DNA from: Alphaproteobacteria bacterium
Lineage (GTDB): Bacteria > Pseudomonadota > Alphaproteobacteria > MPNO01
Assembly (NCBI GenBank): GCA_965248835.1
Contig: CBDFLJ010000002.1
Span: 448,001 to 512,000 of the forward strand
Reading direction: 5' to 3'
DNA length: 64,000 nt
This document shows positions 54,631-64,000 of this stretch, one piece after another. The position numbers were made by a program, and so were the translations under genes. The notes under the pieces are model-generated. The model was not told the DNA's origin and did no database searches. It saw only the letters and a program-made list of their open reading frames with translations. The first letter of the stretch is position 1, and the number at the start of each line of letters is the position of its first letter.

Positions 54631-55086
54631 AGTCGGCGACCTGTCCCTGGTGTCACCGGTGGCCATCGACTCCGACGAATTCTAGGCGATCCGATCCTCA
54701 AGGGTTTCTTTTCAAAGAAACTTTTGATGGCCATTGACTCGCCGGTTGAGTTTCTTACCGCGACCGGCATTCCGGCGGCTCGCACGAGGCGATGGCAGAA
54801 CTGAACGAAGCCGTTGCCCAAGCAAGAAAGGCCGCGGCGTGAGCGTCTGCCCCTGGTGCGGCGAGGCGTTCGAGACGGTGAGGCGCGGCGGCTCCCCGAA
54901 GCGCTTCTGCTCGGCCGCGTGCAAGAACCAATGGAACGCGGCCGCCCGGGCATTCGGCTGCGCGATGGAGACCCAAGGGGTGCTCAATCTGCGGGCGTGG
55001 ATCGAAGGCCGTCAGAATGCCCCTAAATCCACCGTGCACGCTGCTACAGCGCCCAAGTCGGCCTCGGGGGTAGCGAGGTAGCGGGA

Positions 55087-55605
55087 ATGCTCGAAGTGAT
55101 CTCCCTGGGCGCGGGCGTGCAATCTACGACGATGGCCTTCATGGCGGCGCACGGCGAGATCGCGCCGATGCCGGATTACGCGATCTTCGCCGACACCGGC
55201 GCCGAGCCGGCTGCCGTCTATGAGCACCTGGAATGGCTGCGGTCGCCGAACGTACTGCCCTTCCCGGTTGAGGTCGTGCGGTTTTCGGATCTCGGCGAGG
55301 ATATCCGCCTGACCGCCGCCGGCGTCAAGGACGTGGCCGGCCGCGACAACGGCTATCTCGCCCCACCCTTCTTCACATTGAACGAGGACGGATCACAGGG
55401 GATGTTGAGGCGCGGGTGCACGTCCAACTACAAGATCCGGCCGATCCAGAGGCACTTGAAGGTGCTGCTCGGGCGCACCCAGGCCGAGACATACCGCGGC
55501 GAGACGCCTGTGGATATGATGGACAAGCCGCTTCGCGCCTTGCCCACATCCCCACAGGCGCAGCAACAACAGGAAGATCGTTTGAAAGGGATTCTGGCGG
55601 CCTGA
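55087..55605 (+). pseudogene. Phage PAPS-reductase-like (PP-loop) protein truncated by an IS end
   Basis: VISLGAGVQST, IFADTGAEP, CT..YKI.PI then abrupt switch near 55490. Confidence 0.7.
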
Positions 55606-55667
55606 GAAACAACCGGAATACACCTTAACTCAGCCGCCAGGCTGTCCGAATAGGCGAGGCTACCTCA
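55490..55667 (+). mobile_element. IS3-family right-end remnant
   Basis: CCTGTGGATATG...CCCACATCCCCACAGG structured tail and CACCTTAAC...CTGTCCGAATAGGCGAGGCTACCTCA end. Confidence 0.6.
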
Positions 55668-55746
55668 CCGCCGGCGCAAAGCGTGGTAACATTTTTGTGT
55701 CGGCAAACCGTCAGCAAGTCCGCCGAAGACGAAGAAGGAGGTCATA

Positions 55747-57975
55747 ATGAATTCGAACAATTGCGTCGTGGCGTTGGCTTCGATCCTCGGAATGTTGTTC
55801 TTGTCCGCGTGCGGTGGCGGTGGTAGCGGACCGGTTTCAGCGCTTGCCCAATGCGTTGACCCCGTTATAACAATCGAAGATCCCGAAAACATGTCCAGCG
55901 ATGACGAGCAGGTATTCAAGCAAACTCTCCGTGCGGCGATAAGCAATGTTTGTAAGTGGTGGGGGCCGACCTATACCGGGCCTTTCACAATTAATATCGA
56001 GGACAGCACGGGACCAGCGATGGCTTTGATACCCGCTTGGCAAGGCAATCGCGGGACCATGCTGTTTCGGACGGCAACGACGGTGGCAGGCCGATCGGCA
56101 ATCACCCACGAAGTTATTCATGTGTTCGCCCCAAACGCGAACCGGTTTCTGGCGGAGGGGTTTGCCACTTACGGACATCAGCATTTGGGGGGGCAAGCGG
56201 CGTTTCCCAACGATGGCCAGGACCTGCATGATGCCGCATCGGAATTTGTGGATCAGACGAATCTCCACCTTCTCGATGCAATTGCAACGCCCAGCCGCTT
56301 GGAATCCACCCTTTTGACTGAGCGACAGAACTATATTGCGGCCGGTTCTTTCATGCGGTTTCTCATTGAAACCCACGGCATGGAGAAATTTCGCGAACTC
56401 TACGCACTGACCCCGTTGGTACCCCATGTAAGAAACAGCGGGGCGGATGATCGGTGGGTCGGCATCTATGGCGTCAGTCGCAGCACGTTGGTCGTTGCTT
56501 GGCAGGCGAAATTAGCGAGTATCGGGCAGGGGCAGGCGAAAAGCGTCAGCCGGGTCATCGAGACGGTGGTTCCGGACCGGGTCATCGAGACGGTGGTTCC
56601 GGAGTTGACGCGGGCGATGATGGCGAGCACGTCGGGCGCGGTGACCGGGCGCATCGAGGCTGTCGCCTCGGGCAACGTGCCGGCCGTGACGGTCAACATT
56701 GCCGGTCAATCGACGCTTTATCATGCCCTGAAATCTAACGCCCAGGGAATGCAGGACGGCACGCTCGATCCGGCCCAGCTGCTGGGTGGCTCGTCGTTCG
56801 CGCTTTCGCTCAATGCGGTGGAAGGCGGCAAGGCCGGCGGTGTCAGCGACATCGGGGTTTGGGGCAGCGGTGACTACCGCAATCTCTCGGGCGGCGATAG
56901 CGGCGCGGTGGCATGGGACGGCGACCTGTGGAGCGCCCATCTCGGCATCGATACTCGGTTGCGCGAGAACCTGTTGGCCGGGCTATCGGCGTCGTTCTTC
57001 AAGGGTTCGTTCGACTATACCGACAGGACCACCGGCACCGCGGCCAGCGGCGCGCTTGAGAGCCGGATGACAAGCCTCAACCCTTATGTGAGGTGGTCCG
57101 CGCGGAAGGCCCTGGATCTGTGGGCGACGCTCGGCTACGGCCGGGGTGAGCTTGAGATCAACGACAATGCGGCGGCCCCGGTGTCGAGCGATCTGAGCCA
57201 GTGGTCGGCAGCGGTTGGCGCGAGCGGCACGCTGCTCACCAGTGACGATTGGATCGCCGGCGGCACGACGAGACTCAAGCTCAAGGGCGAAGGCTCGCTG
57301 GCAGGGGTGAACGTCGAGGGCAACGGTGCCGAGATCAGCGAGCTGACAGTGGATGCGCGGCAGCTGCGGCTAAGCCTCGAGGGCAGCCACGCACATAAAC
57401 TCGCCGCGGGCGGCGCGCTGACGCCGGCGATCGAGCTTGGGCTACGCCATGACGGCGGCGACGGCGAGACCGGCGCGGGCATCGAACTCGGTGGCAGCCT
57501 ACGATACAACGACCCGGCGAGCGGTCTGACCGTCGAGAGCCACGGCCGTACCTTGCTTGCCCATGGCGGCAACTACGAGGAATGGGGCATCGGTGGGCTG
57601 ATCCGGCTCGATCCGGGCGCCAAGGGCCGCGGCATGTCCCTGAGCCTGGTTCCGACCTGGGGTGAGACGCAAAGCGGTGTTCAGCGGTTGTGGAACGACG
57701 GCATGACCGACAGGGCTGCCGCCAATGACAACAAGGCGCAAGGTCGCCTCGAGACGCACCTTGGCTATGGCTTCGGCGTGTTCGGCGGCCGGGGCTTGCT
57801 GACACCGTACAGCGGTCTTTCGCTGGCTGGCGAGGGCGCACGGCGGTACAGCCTCGGCAGCCGTCTGGAGGTCGGGTCGTCGCTCAACCTCGGCCTGGAG
57901 GGCGAGCGTCGTGAGCCGGCCAACGACACCGCGGCCGACCACGGCGTCATGCTGCGGGGACAGCTGCGGTTCTGA
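55747..57975 (+). CDS. Lipoprotein autotransporter with HEXXH metallopeptidase-like passenger
   Basis: Lipobox LSAC-GGGG; THEVIH...LAEGFATY gluzincin pattern; C-terminal beta-domain (LRHDGGDGETG, GQLRF). Confidence 0.8.
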   Translation: MNSNNCVVALASILGMLFLSACGGGGSGPVSALAQCVDPVITIEDPENMSSDDEQVFKQTLRAAISNVCKWWGPTYTGPFTINIEDSTGPAMALIPAWQGNRGTMLFRTATTVAGRSAITHEVIHVFAPNANRFLAEGFATYGHQHLGGQAAFPNDGQDLHDAASEFVDQTNLHLLDAIATPSRLESTLLTERQNYIAAGSFMRFLIETHGMEKFRELYALTPLVPHVRNSGADDRWVGIYGVSRSTLVVAWQAKLASIGQGQAKSVSRVIETVVPDRVIETVVPELTRAMMASTSGAVTGRIEAVASGNVPAVTVNIAGQSTLYHALKSNAQGMQDGTLDPAQLLGGSSFALSLNAVEGGKAGGVSDIGVWGSGDYRNLSGGDSGAVAWDGDLWSAHLGIDTRLRENLLAGLSASFFKGSFDYTDRTTGTAASGALESRMTSLNPYVRWSARKALDLWATLGYGRGELEINDNAAAPVSSDLSQWSAAVGASGTLLTSDDWIAGGTTRLKLKGEGSLAGVNVEGNGAEISELTVDARQLRLSLEGSHAHKLAAGGALTPAIELGLRHDGGDGETGAGIELGGSLRYNDPASGLTVESHGRTLLAHGGNYEEWGIGGLIRLDPGAKGRGMSLSLVPTWGETQSGVQRLWNDGMTDRAAANDNKAQGRLETHLGYGFGVFGGRGLLTPYSGLSLAGEGARRYSLGSRLEVGSSLNLGLEGERREPANDTAADHGVMLRGQLRF
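56550..56603 (+). repeat. 27-bp in-frame tandem duplication
   Basis: CCGGGTCATCGAGACGGTGGTTCCGGA x2 (RVIETVVP twice). Confidence 0.9.
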
Positions 57976-58310
57976 TGGCCGCAGGGTCCTGTCGGTCGCG
58001 TGGAGCGTCAGTCACCGTGACCGCGGGGATGCCACGCTGGACGCGTCGCAGATGCGTGCGGTATGAGGGCGTGCCCGCCCGTGAGCTGTTGAGCGTGCCC
58101 GCGAACTCCTCAACCTACCTTCGGTCGCCGTTCCAGATCGTTGACAATTCCGTTATCGATCAGGCGGGTGAATGAACTCGAGCGCTCTCCCGGACCTTAT
58201 CGCCGATCACGTCCCGGCATAGGGGGCCGCCGCCGAGCCGCGAAGCGTCGCGATGAGGAGCGTGATCGCTGCCCGGGGCGCGCCTTCCGGGACTGCGGGG
58301 CTGCGGCGCG

Positions 58311-58574
58311 GTGCGGTTGTGCGATCTCGATGGGGAGACAACGCTGCCCGTGGCGTGCGAGCCGTGCGGCCGGCGAGGCCGCTACCGGGTCGAGAGCTTG
58401 ATTAAGGCCTATGGCCCGCGCGCCGGCCTGCCGGACGTGCGCTGGGCGCTGGCCCAGCAGGGCGAGTGCCGGGGATCAATGCAGCCGCTTCGGCCGTGCT
58501 TGGCCGTGTTCGGCCGTGTTCGAGAACCGATCGAAGGCGGTCGGCACCGATACTGTCGGGGCGGGCTCGGTTAG
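58311..58574 (+). CDS. Small hypothetical protein (CxxCGRxGRY type)
   Basis: VACEPCGRRGRYRVESL...G...LPD. Confidence 0.5.
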   Translation: MRLCDLDGETTLPVACEPCGRRGRYRVESLIKAYGPRAGLPDVRWALAQQGECRGSMQPLRPCLAVFGRVREPIEGGRHRYCRGGLG

Positions 58575-58686
58575 GCCGAGCCGATCCGGTGCGATCCATG
58601 TTCGCATGACCGACAAGCCGAAGTCCCGTACGAAGGTCCCGGCCCATATCCCGGGAGGTCGCCTCGATATCCGGGCCTCGCAGCCG

Positions 58687-59151
58687 TCACGGGCATTCCG
58701 CGTGCCAGCGCAGTATGCCGACATTCCGCGGCAGGCCGACGAGATAGGCGGACTTTACGAACGCAGCCGTTGCGGGACCCCGTGGAGGCACCAGGCATGT
58801 GTCCGCATTCTCGTTGTCCAGCGTGACCCCCAGCCTGTAGCCTCCCGAGGGTTGGGCCGGCGGGACGACAAGCCACCACTGAATATGCAAGGAAGGATGC
58901 TCGACAAGGCGCCTCGTATTCGTTTGATCTAGCCTATAGGTCCGCAGAATCGCCGACAGGTCGGCACCGGCCGCGATCCGTTCGACGGCGGCTTCGCGCT
59001 CGTAATCGGGCGCGTGGCCTCGAAGGACAATGGGATATTCGATCGGGATCGGGGGTGCGCCATTGGAGGCCGAGGTGCAGGCGGCGGCGCCCATGACCAA
59101 CGCGAGCGCGATCGAGGCGGCCCATAGAGACCTCCGGGGCGCCGCGATCAT
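58687..59151 (-). CDS. Putative lipoprotein with PrcB C-terminal-like motif
   Basis: RBS GAGAGG; hydrophobic signal ending AAAC; QPSGGYRLGV...PP.GPATAAF...YLVGLP. Confidence 0.55.
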   Translation of the reverse strand: MIAAPRRSLWAASIALALVMGAAACTSASNGAPPIPIEYPIVLRGHAPDYEREAAVERIAAGADLSAILRTYRLDQTNTRRLVEHPSLHIQWWLVVPPAQPSGGYRLGVTLDNENADTCLVPPRGPATAAFVKSAYLVGLPRNVGILRWHAECP

Positions 59152-59300
59152 CGGCCATACCTCTCTCAACATGCCCACGCGCCTAGGGACGGCGCGCCTC
59201 CTCGCGTGCCGAGTATTGCGTTCTCCGCGTCCACCTTTCAACCGGCCCTCGCCTCCCCGGTGTTCGGTCCCGTGCGGAGACGACCAGACGGGATCTTCCC

Positions 59301-61463
59301 CTAGAAACGAATCTCCGCCCGCGCGCCAGCGAGGGCTTCCGTCTCTCCGAAACCGTCCCGAACCGCTGCGACGCTCACCCCCAAGTTCGTGTTCGGCCCC
59401 CAAGCGTGGCCGACACTCACGCCAACCTTGTCGAACGCGAGGAGCTTCGAGCCGTCGATCGAGATGTCGTCATACGCGATCCGGCCATTCTCATCGATGC
59501 TGGTCGCGGCTCGAATGGACCCGTTGCTCGACGTCACCGGCCGTTCGATGCCCAGGCGGGCGTTGAGCGTCGTGCCGCGCCCAAGCCGAAGCGAAAGGTT
59601 GAGCTCCGTCGTCACCAGCAGCGCATCGTCGAAGTGGACGAGCGGGCTCGTCTCGGTCGCGAGGTAGGCAAGCCGGCTCGCCACTCCGAGCCGGTAGGTC
59701 TCACCGGCGACGAGGTTCCGGCTGTAAGCCAATTCCAGGCTTTCGCCGGACAGTTCGAGGGCGCCGGCGCCCGCCCAGCCCATCGGCGTTTTCAATTCGG
59801 ACGCCACCGACGCGCCAAACGATTCAACGGCCCCACTCGGAACGAAGGACGCCGCCAAGACGGTTTCAGGACTCCAGCCGACGATACCGAAGCCGGCCGC
59901 GGTTGTCCGGTCCGCCGCGCCGCCCGTCGCCGCGCTCATGTAGGCCTCTCCGATTTCGGAGACAAAACCCAGAGTGACGCCGAGCGCGTCATCGGCCATC
60001 CGATAGTCGCCGTGCGGCTGGGGAACGCCGACCAGATGCGCCATGCCCTCCATCACCCGCGAGCCATGGCCCATGCCGGAGAACCAAGCCCCGTTCGACG
60101 CACCGTGCACCCGGAAACCGTCCCCGGCAATTGCGAGCGTCACATCTTCGCCCTGGTCGTCCCAATTCCTTTCCGGCGTTTCGAGACCGAGATCACTCAT
60201 CGACAGGTAGCCGCCTCTTGCGCCAGCGAAGGCGTTGAGCGGGACCAGGAAGGGCGCCCGCTGATAGTTGTCGAGAATGAGAACGTTCCGGCCCGCGAGA
60301 TATCTCGATATCGCGCCCGACGGCAGATTGACCGAGGCGCCGGCGGTGCTGACGACGGCGCCTGCGTCGTATGTGCCCAACGCGAAGCCGGTGCCGCCGA
60401 CCGGCCGGGAGGCTTCATCCAGATCGAGGAGCCCCTGACCGTAGATCGTTGAGTCGTAGCCGTCGAAGCTGTCGTCCGCGGTGACGAGGATTCTGTCGCG
60501 CAACTGCTGATAGGTCACGTTCGGGAACCGGCTCTTCAGCGCGGCCAGGGCGCCGGTCACATGGGGCGCGGCCATCGAGGTCCCCGCAAGGCGCTCGTAA
60601 CCGTCCGCGTCGATATAGGTCGAATACACGCCCTCCGATCCAGGCGCTCCTCCCAGACTTGGCGAGTCCCCACCTGGAGCGGCCAGGCACCAAGCGGCCG
60701 CTTCACCGCATCGGTTCGTGTAGGAGGCTTCGTTCCCATCCAGATCGACCGCCGCCACGGCGAGCCAGCCCTTTTCCAGTTCAGAAATGAGATAGGGCGC
60801 TCCCGCCTCGACGGAAATCTCGGCCCTGGAATCATTTCCTGCGGCCCAGATTTGAACGCCGCCGTCTGCAACATGTGTCTTGTATGCGGCGATGCTTAGG
60901 GGGCTCTGAGACTCAAGCTGGGAGAGGGTCACGTCGAGAACCGACCTATCCGACCCCCAGCTATTGTTCGTAAGGTAAACACCCCTCGCGCTCATTTCGT
61001 CAATTCCGACCGCGAGTTGAGCATCGAAGGCCGTATGGTCGTAATCCAGCTCATAGGATGCGATATTGGCCTCATAGGCCACGCCGTGCATTTCCGAGCC
61101 GTCTCTCTTCGCGGCGATGATACCCGTCACGTGGGTGCCATGCCCATACTCGTCGGGTCGACCGCCTGTTCCGTCTACGCCGTCTGTTCCGGACATGCCG
61201 CCCGTGTAGACGTACTTCCCGGCTAAGGCCGGATGGTTCGAGCTCGCGCCGGAGTCGAATACGGCGACCGTGATACCCTTCCCGATACCGCCTCTCGCGT
61301 AGATGGAGGAGGCGTTGATGAGGCGGAGCCCCGCTTGCTGGTTGTATTCCGGGGTCTCGAAATCGGCCGGTGTGAGGGCGGGGCCGCCGCCACAGCCGGA
61401 CAAGGCAACCGCGAAGAGTGCCATTCCGGCCAACGAACATAGCTTGTCAACCCTGAGAAACAT
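59301..61463 (-). CDS. S8 subtilisin-like serine protease lipoprotein with C-terminal beta-barrel-like domain
   Basis: Lipobox LSGC; VAVFDSG, HGTHVTG, AAGN, GTSMAAPHV; terminal AEIRF. Confidence 0.9.
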   Translation of the reverse strand: MFLRVDKLCSLAGMALFAVALSGCGGGPALTPADFETPEYNQQAGLRLINASSIYARGGIGKGITVAVFDSGASSNHPALAGKYVYTGGMSGTDGVDGTGGRPDEYGHGTHVTGIIAAKRDGSEMHGVAYEANIASYELDYDHTAFDAQLAVGIDEMSARGVYLTNNSWGSDRSVLDVTLSQLESQSPLSIAAYKTHVADGGVQIWAAGNDSRAEISVEAGAPYLISELEKGWLAVAAVDLDGNEASYTNRCGEAAAWCLAAPGGDSPSLGGAPGSEGVYSTYIDADGYERLAGTSMAAPHVTGALAALKSRFPNVTYQQLRDRILVTADDSFDGYDSTIYGQGLLDLDEASRPVGGTGFALGTYDAGAVVSTAGASVNLPSGAISRYLAGRNVLILDNYQRAPFLVPLNAFAGARGGYLSMSDLGLETPERNWDDQGEDVTLAIAGDGFRVHGASNGAWFSGMGHGSRVMEGMAHLVGVPQPHGDYRMADDALGVTLGFVSEIGEAYMSAATGGAADRTTAAGFGIVGWSPETVLAASFVPSGAVESFGASVASELKTPMGWAGAGALELSGESLELAYSRNLVAGETYRLGVASRLAYLATETSPLVHFDDALLVTTELNLSLRLGRGTTLNARLGIERPVTSSNGSIRAATSIDENGRIAYDDISIDGSKLLAFDKVGVSVGHAWGPNTNLGVSVAAVRDGFGETEALAGARAEIRF

Positions 61464-61654
61464 CGGACGGACCTCCCTCTGCTTGAGAGCTGCAAAAAGC
61501 CAACGCTAGCGTAGCACCTCTCCGAGGCGAAAGCCAAGGTTCGACCGAAGCCGCGATCCGCCCACACAGCAGCCTGGGATACAGCCGCCGGCGCCGGAAA
61601 GGATCGTCACGCCAATGCACTAACATTCAAACTGGACCAGTCGCCGGGGGCAGG

Positions 61655-61850
61655 TCACCGCCGCCGGACCAGCCCTTTCCGCTTGCGCCCGCCGGCCCAG
61701 ACCCAGCGCCGAAACTCGGTCGGCACGAGATTGTGCTCCTCCCGGTCGACCTTGCGCCGGAGCGTGGAGCGCCGCGGCGCGCCGGCGCCGAGGTTGAAGG
61801 CGAACGAACGGAGCGCGTCGAACCGGCCGTCCTCCACCGTGCACGGCGCA
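61655..61850 (-). pseudogene. GH24 phage lysozyme C-terminal fragment
   Basis: FDAL.SFAFNLG.G...STLRRK..EFRRWVWAGG...GLVRRR. Confidence 0.8.
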
Positions 61851-61946
61851 TGGATAGCGATCTACGGATTGAGGGCGGCCACCCTACTCGAAACGCGTCC
61901 TCGCGCCTCCTGGGGCGGCTGAGGGGCCCTTCCGGAGAGGCTCGGG

Positions 61947-62504
61947 TCAGCGGTTCAGGATCGCGCTCAAGAGCCCGCGTGGCGGCGGATGTCCTGCATC
62001 CGTCGCCTTCTCTCGGCTTCGTTGATGGACGTATACGCCCAGCACTGCCAACCCGGCCCCGAGCGGCAGGTTGAGAACGCCGACGAGCTGGGCATAGGAC
62101 GGTAGAGCCTGCGGCGCGGCGATGACTGCGTAGCCCCCGATAGCGGCAAGACCGAAGATCACCGCCGCCATCACATAACCGAATGTCGGCCGCATCCGGC
62201 GCACATAGGGGTCACTCGAAGCGATCTCCCGACGGAACGTCTCGTTGACCTCCCGCACGTTCGCGATCGCGCCTTCGAGGGAGAGCCGTTCGAGCATGTA
62301 TTGGTTCCGCGTCTCCAGCTCCGCCAGTCTGTCCTTCATCGCCTGGGTCGGTGAGAGGGCCTTGAGAACCTCGGGCTTCGGCTCCACGCCGAGCGCCTTT
62401 GCGATCATCCCACCGACGGCCCCGCCAGCGGGACCGCCCAACGCCGTGCCCAAGAGCGGCAGACCCCAGCCCGCCACGTCTTCTGCGAGATCCGACCAGG
62501 TCAT
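61947..62504 (-). CDS. Phage holin (3TM holin-like)
   Basis: LGTALGGPAG, S.D.YVRRMRPTFGY, TM helices, LGVY..RS.EK. Confidence 0.7.
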   Translation of the reverse strand: MTWSDLAEDVAGWGLPLLGTALGGPAGGAVGGMIAKALGVEPKPEVLKALSPTQAMKDRLAELETRNQYMLERLSLEGAIANVREVNETFRREIASSDPYVRRMRPTFGYVMAAVIFGLAAIGGYAVIAAPQALPSYAQLVGVLNLPLGAGLAVLGVYVHQRSREKATDAGHPPPRGLLSAILNR

Positions 62505-62974
62505 GCTGCGCCTCCGTTCACGCCGGCATTCCACGCTGCCAGGTAGTGCTCCACCTCGCCCTTGCCGGCCGGTGTGTTGTAGTGCTGCTTCCAATAACTG
62601 GCCTGTGCCTTGACGGTATCGGGGATCGGGGCGGGCACACGCCAATAGTGGACGCGGGCCAGAGCGCATGCGTACCGCAGGTTGAACGCGAGCGCTTCTG
62701 CACCCCGGCCGTCGATCAGCGCCGCGTCGAGAACATCGTGCGCCATGTCGGGGCGGTGGGTCAGGAAGTTGTCCCAAATGTCATCGTGGGTCGCGGGCTC
62801 CATTTGCCAGAAACCGAGCGCTGGCCCGCCGCCGCGCTGACGCAGGGCGCCGCCCCCAGATTCTGCGAGCGCGGTTCCGAGCATGAGCCGTTCAGCGTTC
62901 TCGCCTTCCATTCTGAGCGTTTCCAGCGTCGGTCGAATGATCAGTTCGAGCAGGTCGGCGGCGTGTTGTTTCAT
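62501..62974 (-). CDS. Putative phage endolysin (lysozyme-like)
   Basis: TALAES, GGGPALGFWQMEPAT, YWKQHYNT..GKG; directly upstream of holin. Confidence 0.65.
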   Translation of the reverse strand: MKQHAADLLELIIRPTLETLRMEGENAERLMLGTALAESGGGALRQRGGGPALGFWQMEPATHDDIWDNFLTHRPDMAHDVLDAALIDGRGAEALAFNLRYACALARVHYWRVPAPIPDTVKAQASYWKQHYNTPAGKGEVEHYLAAWNAGVNGGAA

Positions 62975-63182
62975 AGCTTCCTCGCTTCCTCGAAGCGGCC
63001 TTCCAACCGCGCCATGTCCTCGCTTATTCCGCTGATCCGGTCGTGCAGCTTCGCGTGATCGGCCTTGGCCTCCGCACCCACAGCGTCGACAGCCCGACCA
63101 GGATGCCGATCAGCCCGGCGATGGAGATATGGCCGAGGGTGATTTCCATCGATCAAGCTCCCGCGAGAGAGGTCAAGGCTAT

Positions 63183-63248
63183 GAAAAGGTGTAAATATGT
63201 GCACAAAAAAGGTTGACTTAATCAGGAAAAGGTGCATATATATACACA
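63183..63248 (+). promoter_or_regulatory. hicAB promoter with two operator-like repeats
   Basis: GAAAAGGTGTAAATATGTGCACA and GAAAAGGTGCATATATATACACA flank TTGACT -35; second overlaps AT-rich -10. Confidence 0.65.
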
Positions 63249-63264
63249 TAGAAAGGGACCGGCG

Positions 63265-63456
63265 ATGGAAACCAACACCAACCGGATCAAGCGCAGACTG
63301 GAGCGAGACGGTTGGTATTTGGCGCGCCACGGCGCGGAGCACGACATCTACCGGCATCCCCGCATCAAAGGGATCATCACACTTCCGAGGCACCGGACAT
63401 TGTCACCGGGTGTCGTCCGCTCGATAGCAAGCAAGGCGGGCTGGCCGGATGCCTAA
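63265..63456 (+). CDS. hicA: HicA family toxin
   Basis: LERDGW...G.EH..YRHP....TLPRH..L.PGVVRSI.. AG. Confidence 0.9.
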   Translation: METNTNRIKRRLERDGWYLARHGAEHDIYRHPRIKGIITLPRHRTLSPGVVRSIASKAGWPDA

Positions 63457-63480
63457 GCAACCAACGGGGAGAGACTGAGC

Positions 63481-63867
63481 ATGACCCGATATCCTGCGCT
63501 GATCGACGGCAAGAAGGGTGCTTACGGGGTGACGTTCCCGGACCTTCCCGGAGTTGTCGCGATGGGCAAGACGGTCGAGGCTGCGATGATCAACGCCGAG
63601 GAGGCGCTTCGCGATTGTGCGGCCGAGGCGGATAAGGACGGCGAAACCATGCCGGAGCCCAGACCCATCGAAGATATCAAGACTCCTGAGGGACACGCGC
63701 TCATTTCCATTCCGCTGATCCATTTGTCGGGCCGCAGCGTGCGCGCGCATCTGAATCTCGATGAGGATGTGGCCGCGTTCATCGATGCCGAAGCGCGACG
63801 GCGCGGCATGACCCGCACGGCCTATGTCACCTGGATGGCGCGAAGGATCGCGCAGATGGGCGGATAG
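63481..63867 (+). CDS. hicB: HicB family antitoxin
   Basis: YGVTFPDLPG..AMG.T.E.A..NAEEAL, PEP; C-terminal ribbon-helix-helix. Confidence 0.92.
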   Translation: MTRYPALIDGKKGAYGVTFPDLPGVVAMGKTVEAAMINAEEALRDCAAEADKDGETMPEPRPIEDIKTPEGHALISIPLIHLSGRSVRAHLNLDEDVAAFIDAEARRRGMTRTAYVTWMARRIAQMGG

Positions 63868-63885
63868 GCACTTTTCAGCGTGACG

Positions 63886-64000
63886 TCAGCCGCCGAACAG
63901 TGCCGGCCAGAACGCGCGGGTGGCGACGGCGAGCATGCCGCCCAGCACGATGTAGAGCAGGCTCGTGTTTCGGTTGTGCAGCGCCTCGATTTTGGTGAGC
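63886..64000 (-). CDS. C-terminus of small membrane-anchored phage protein (partial)
   Basis: ...LTKIEALHNRNTSLLYIVLGGMLAVATRAFWPALFGG*. Confidence 0.45.
   Translation of the reverse strand, partial: LTKIEALHNRNTSLLYIVLGGMLAVATRAFWPALFGG

Larger units (their letters stand above)
46731..64000. mobile_element. Decayed prophage region with cargo genes
   Basis: Phage-type small genes, HNH remnant, xis/int, tRNA att core, Gp37/68, DnaJ, holin/endolysin, hicAB; several pseudogenes; extends beyond window. Confidence 0.8.

Overview
High-GC alphaproteobacterial DNA (rRNA operon layout 16S-tRNA-Ile-tRNA-Ala-23S-5S-tRNA-fMet) in three parts. (1) 1-23.4 kb is core-like metabolism: acyl-CoA ligase, hydantoinase B, a TctC-type binding protein, an hmfABCDE-like (2-furoate type) Mo-hydroxylase/CoA ligase/hydrolase operon, MFS, flavin monooxygenase, a two-subunit ThDP decarboxylase, then a complete rRNA operon. 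(2) 23.4-46.7 kb is an accessory island after tRNA-fMet. A lower-GC cluster of three Rieske oxygenases, an ABC transporter and a Pht5-like protein sits between two IS mosaics; in one, six IS copies are stacked end to end at CTAG sites. (3) 46.7-64 kb is a decayed prophage region fused to a truncated LLM monooxygenase gene. It carries xis/int, an attP-configured tRNA-Lys 3' fragment, early genes, lysis genes and hicAB. Its cargo includes two lipoprotein autotransporter-like proteases and, most notably, a tandem array of three secreted 8-Cys small proteins with a cyanovirin-N-like motif, whose mature parts have diverged strongly while the flanking repeats are nearly identical. Several garbled or duplicated segments suggest local assembly or consensus errors. 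All assignments are by-eye motif recognition; no database searches were run.
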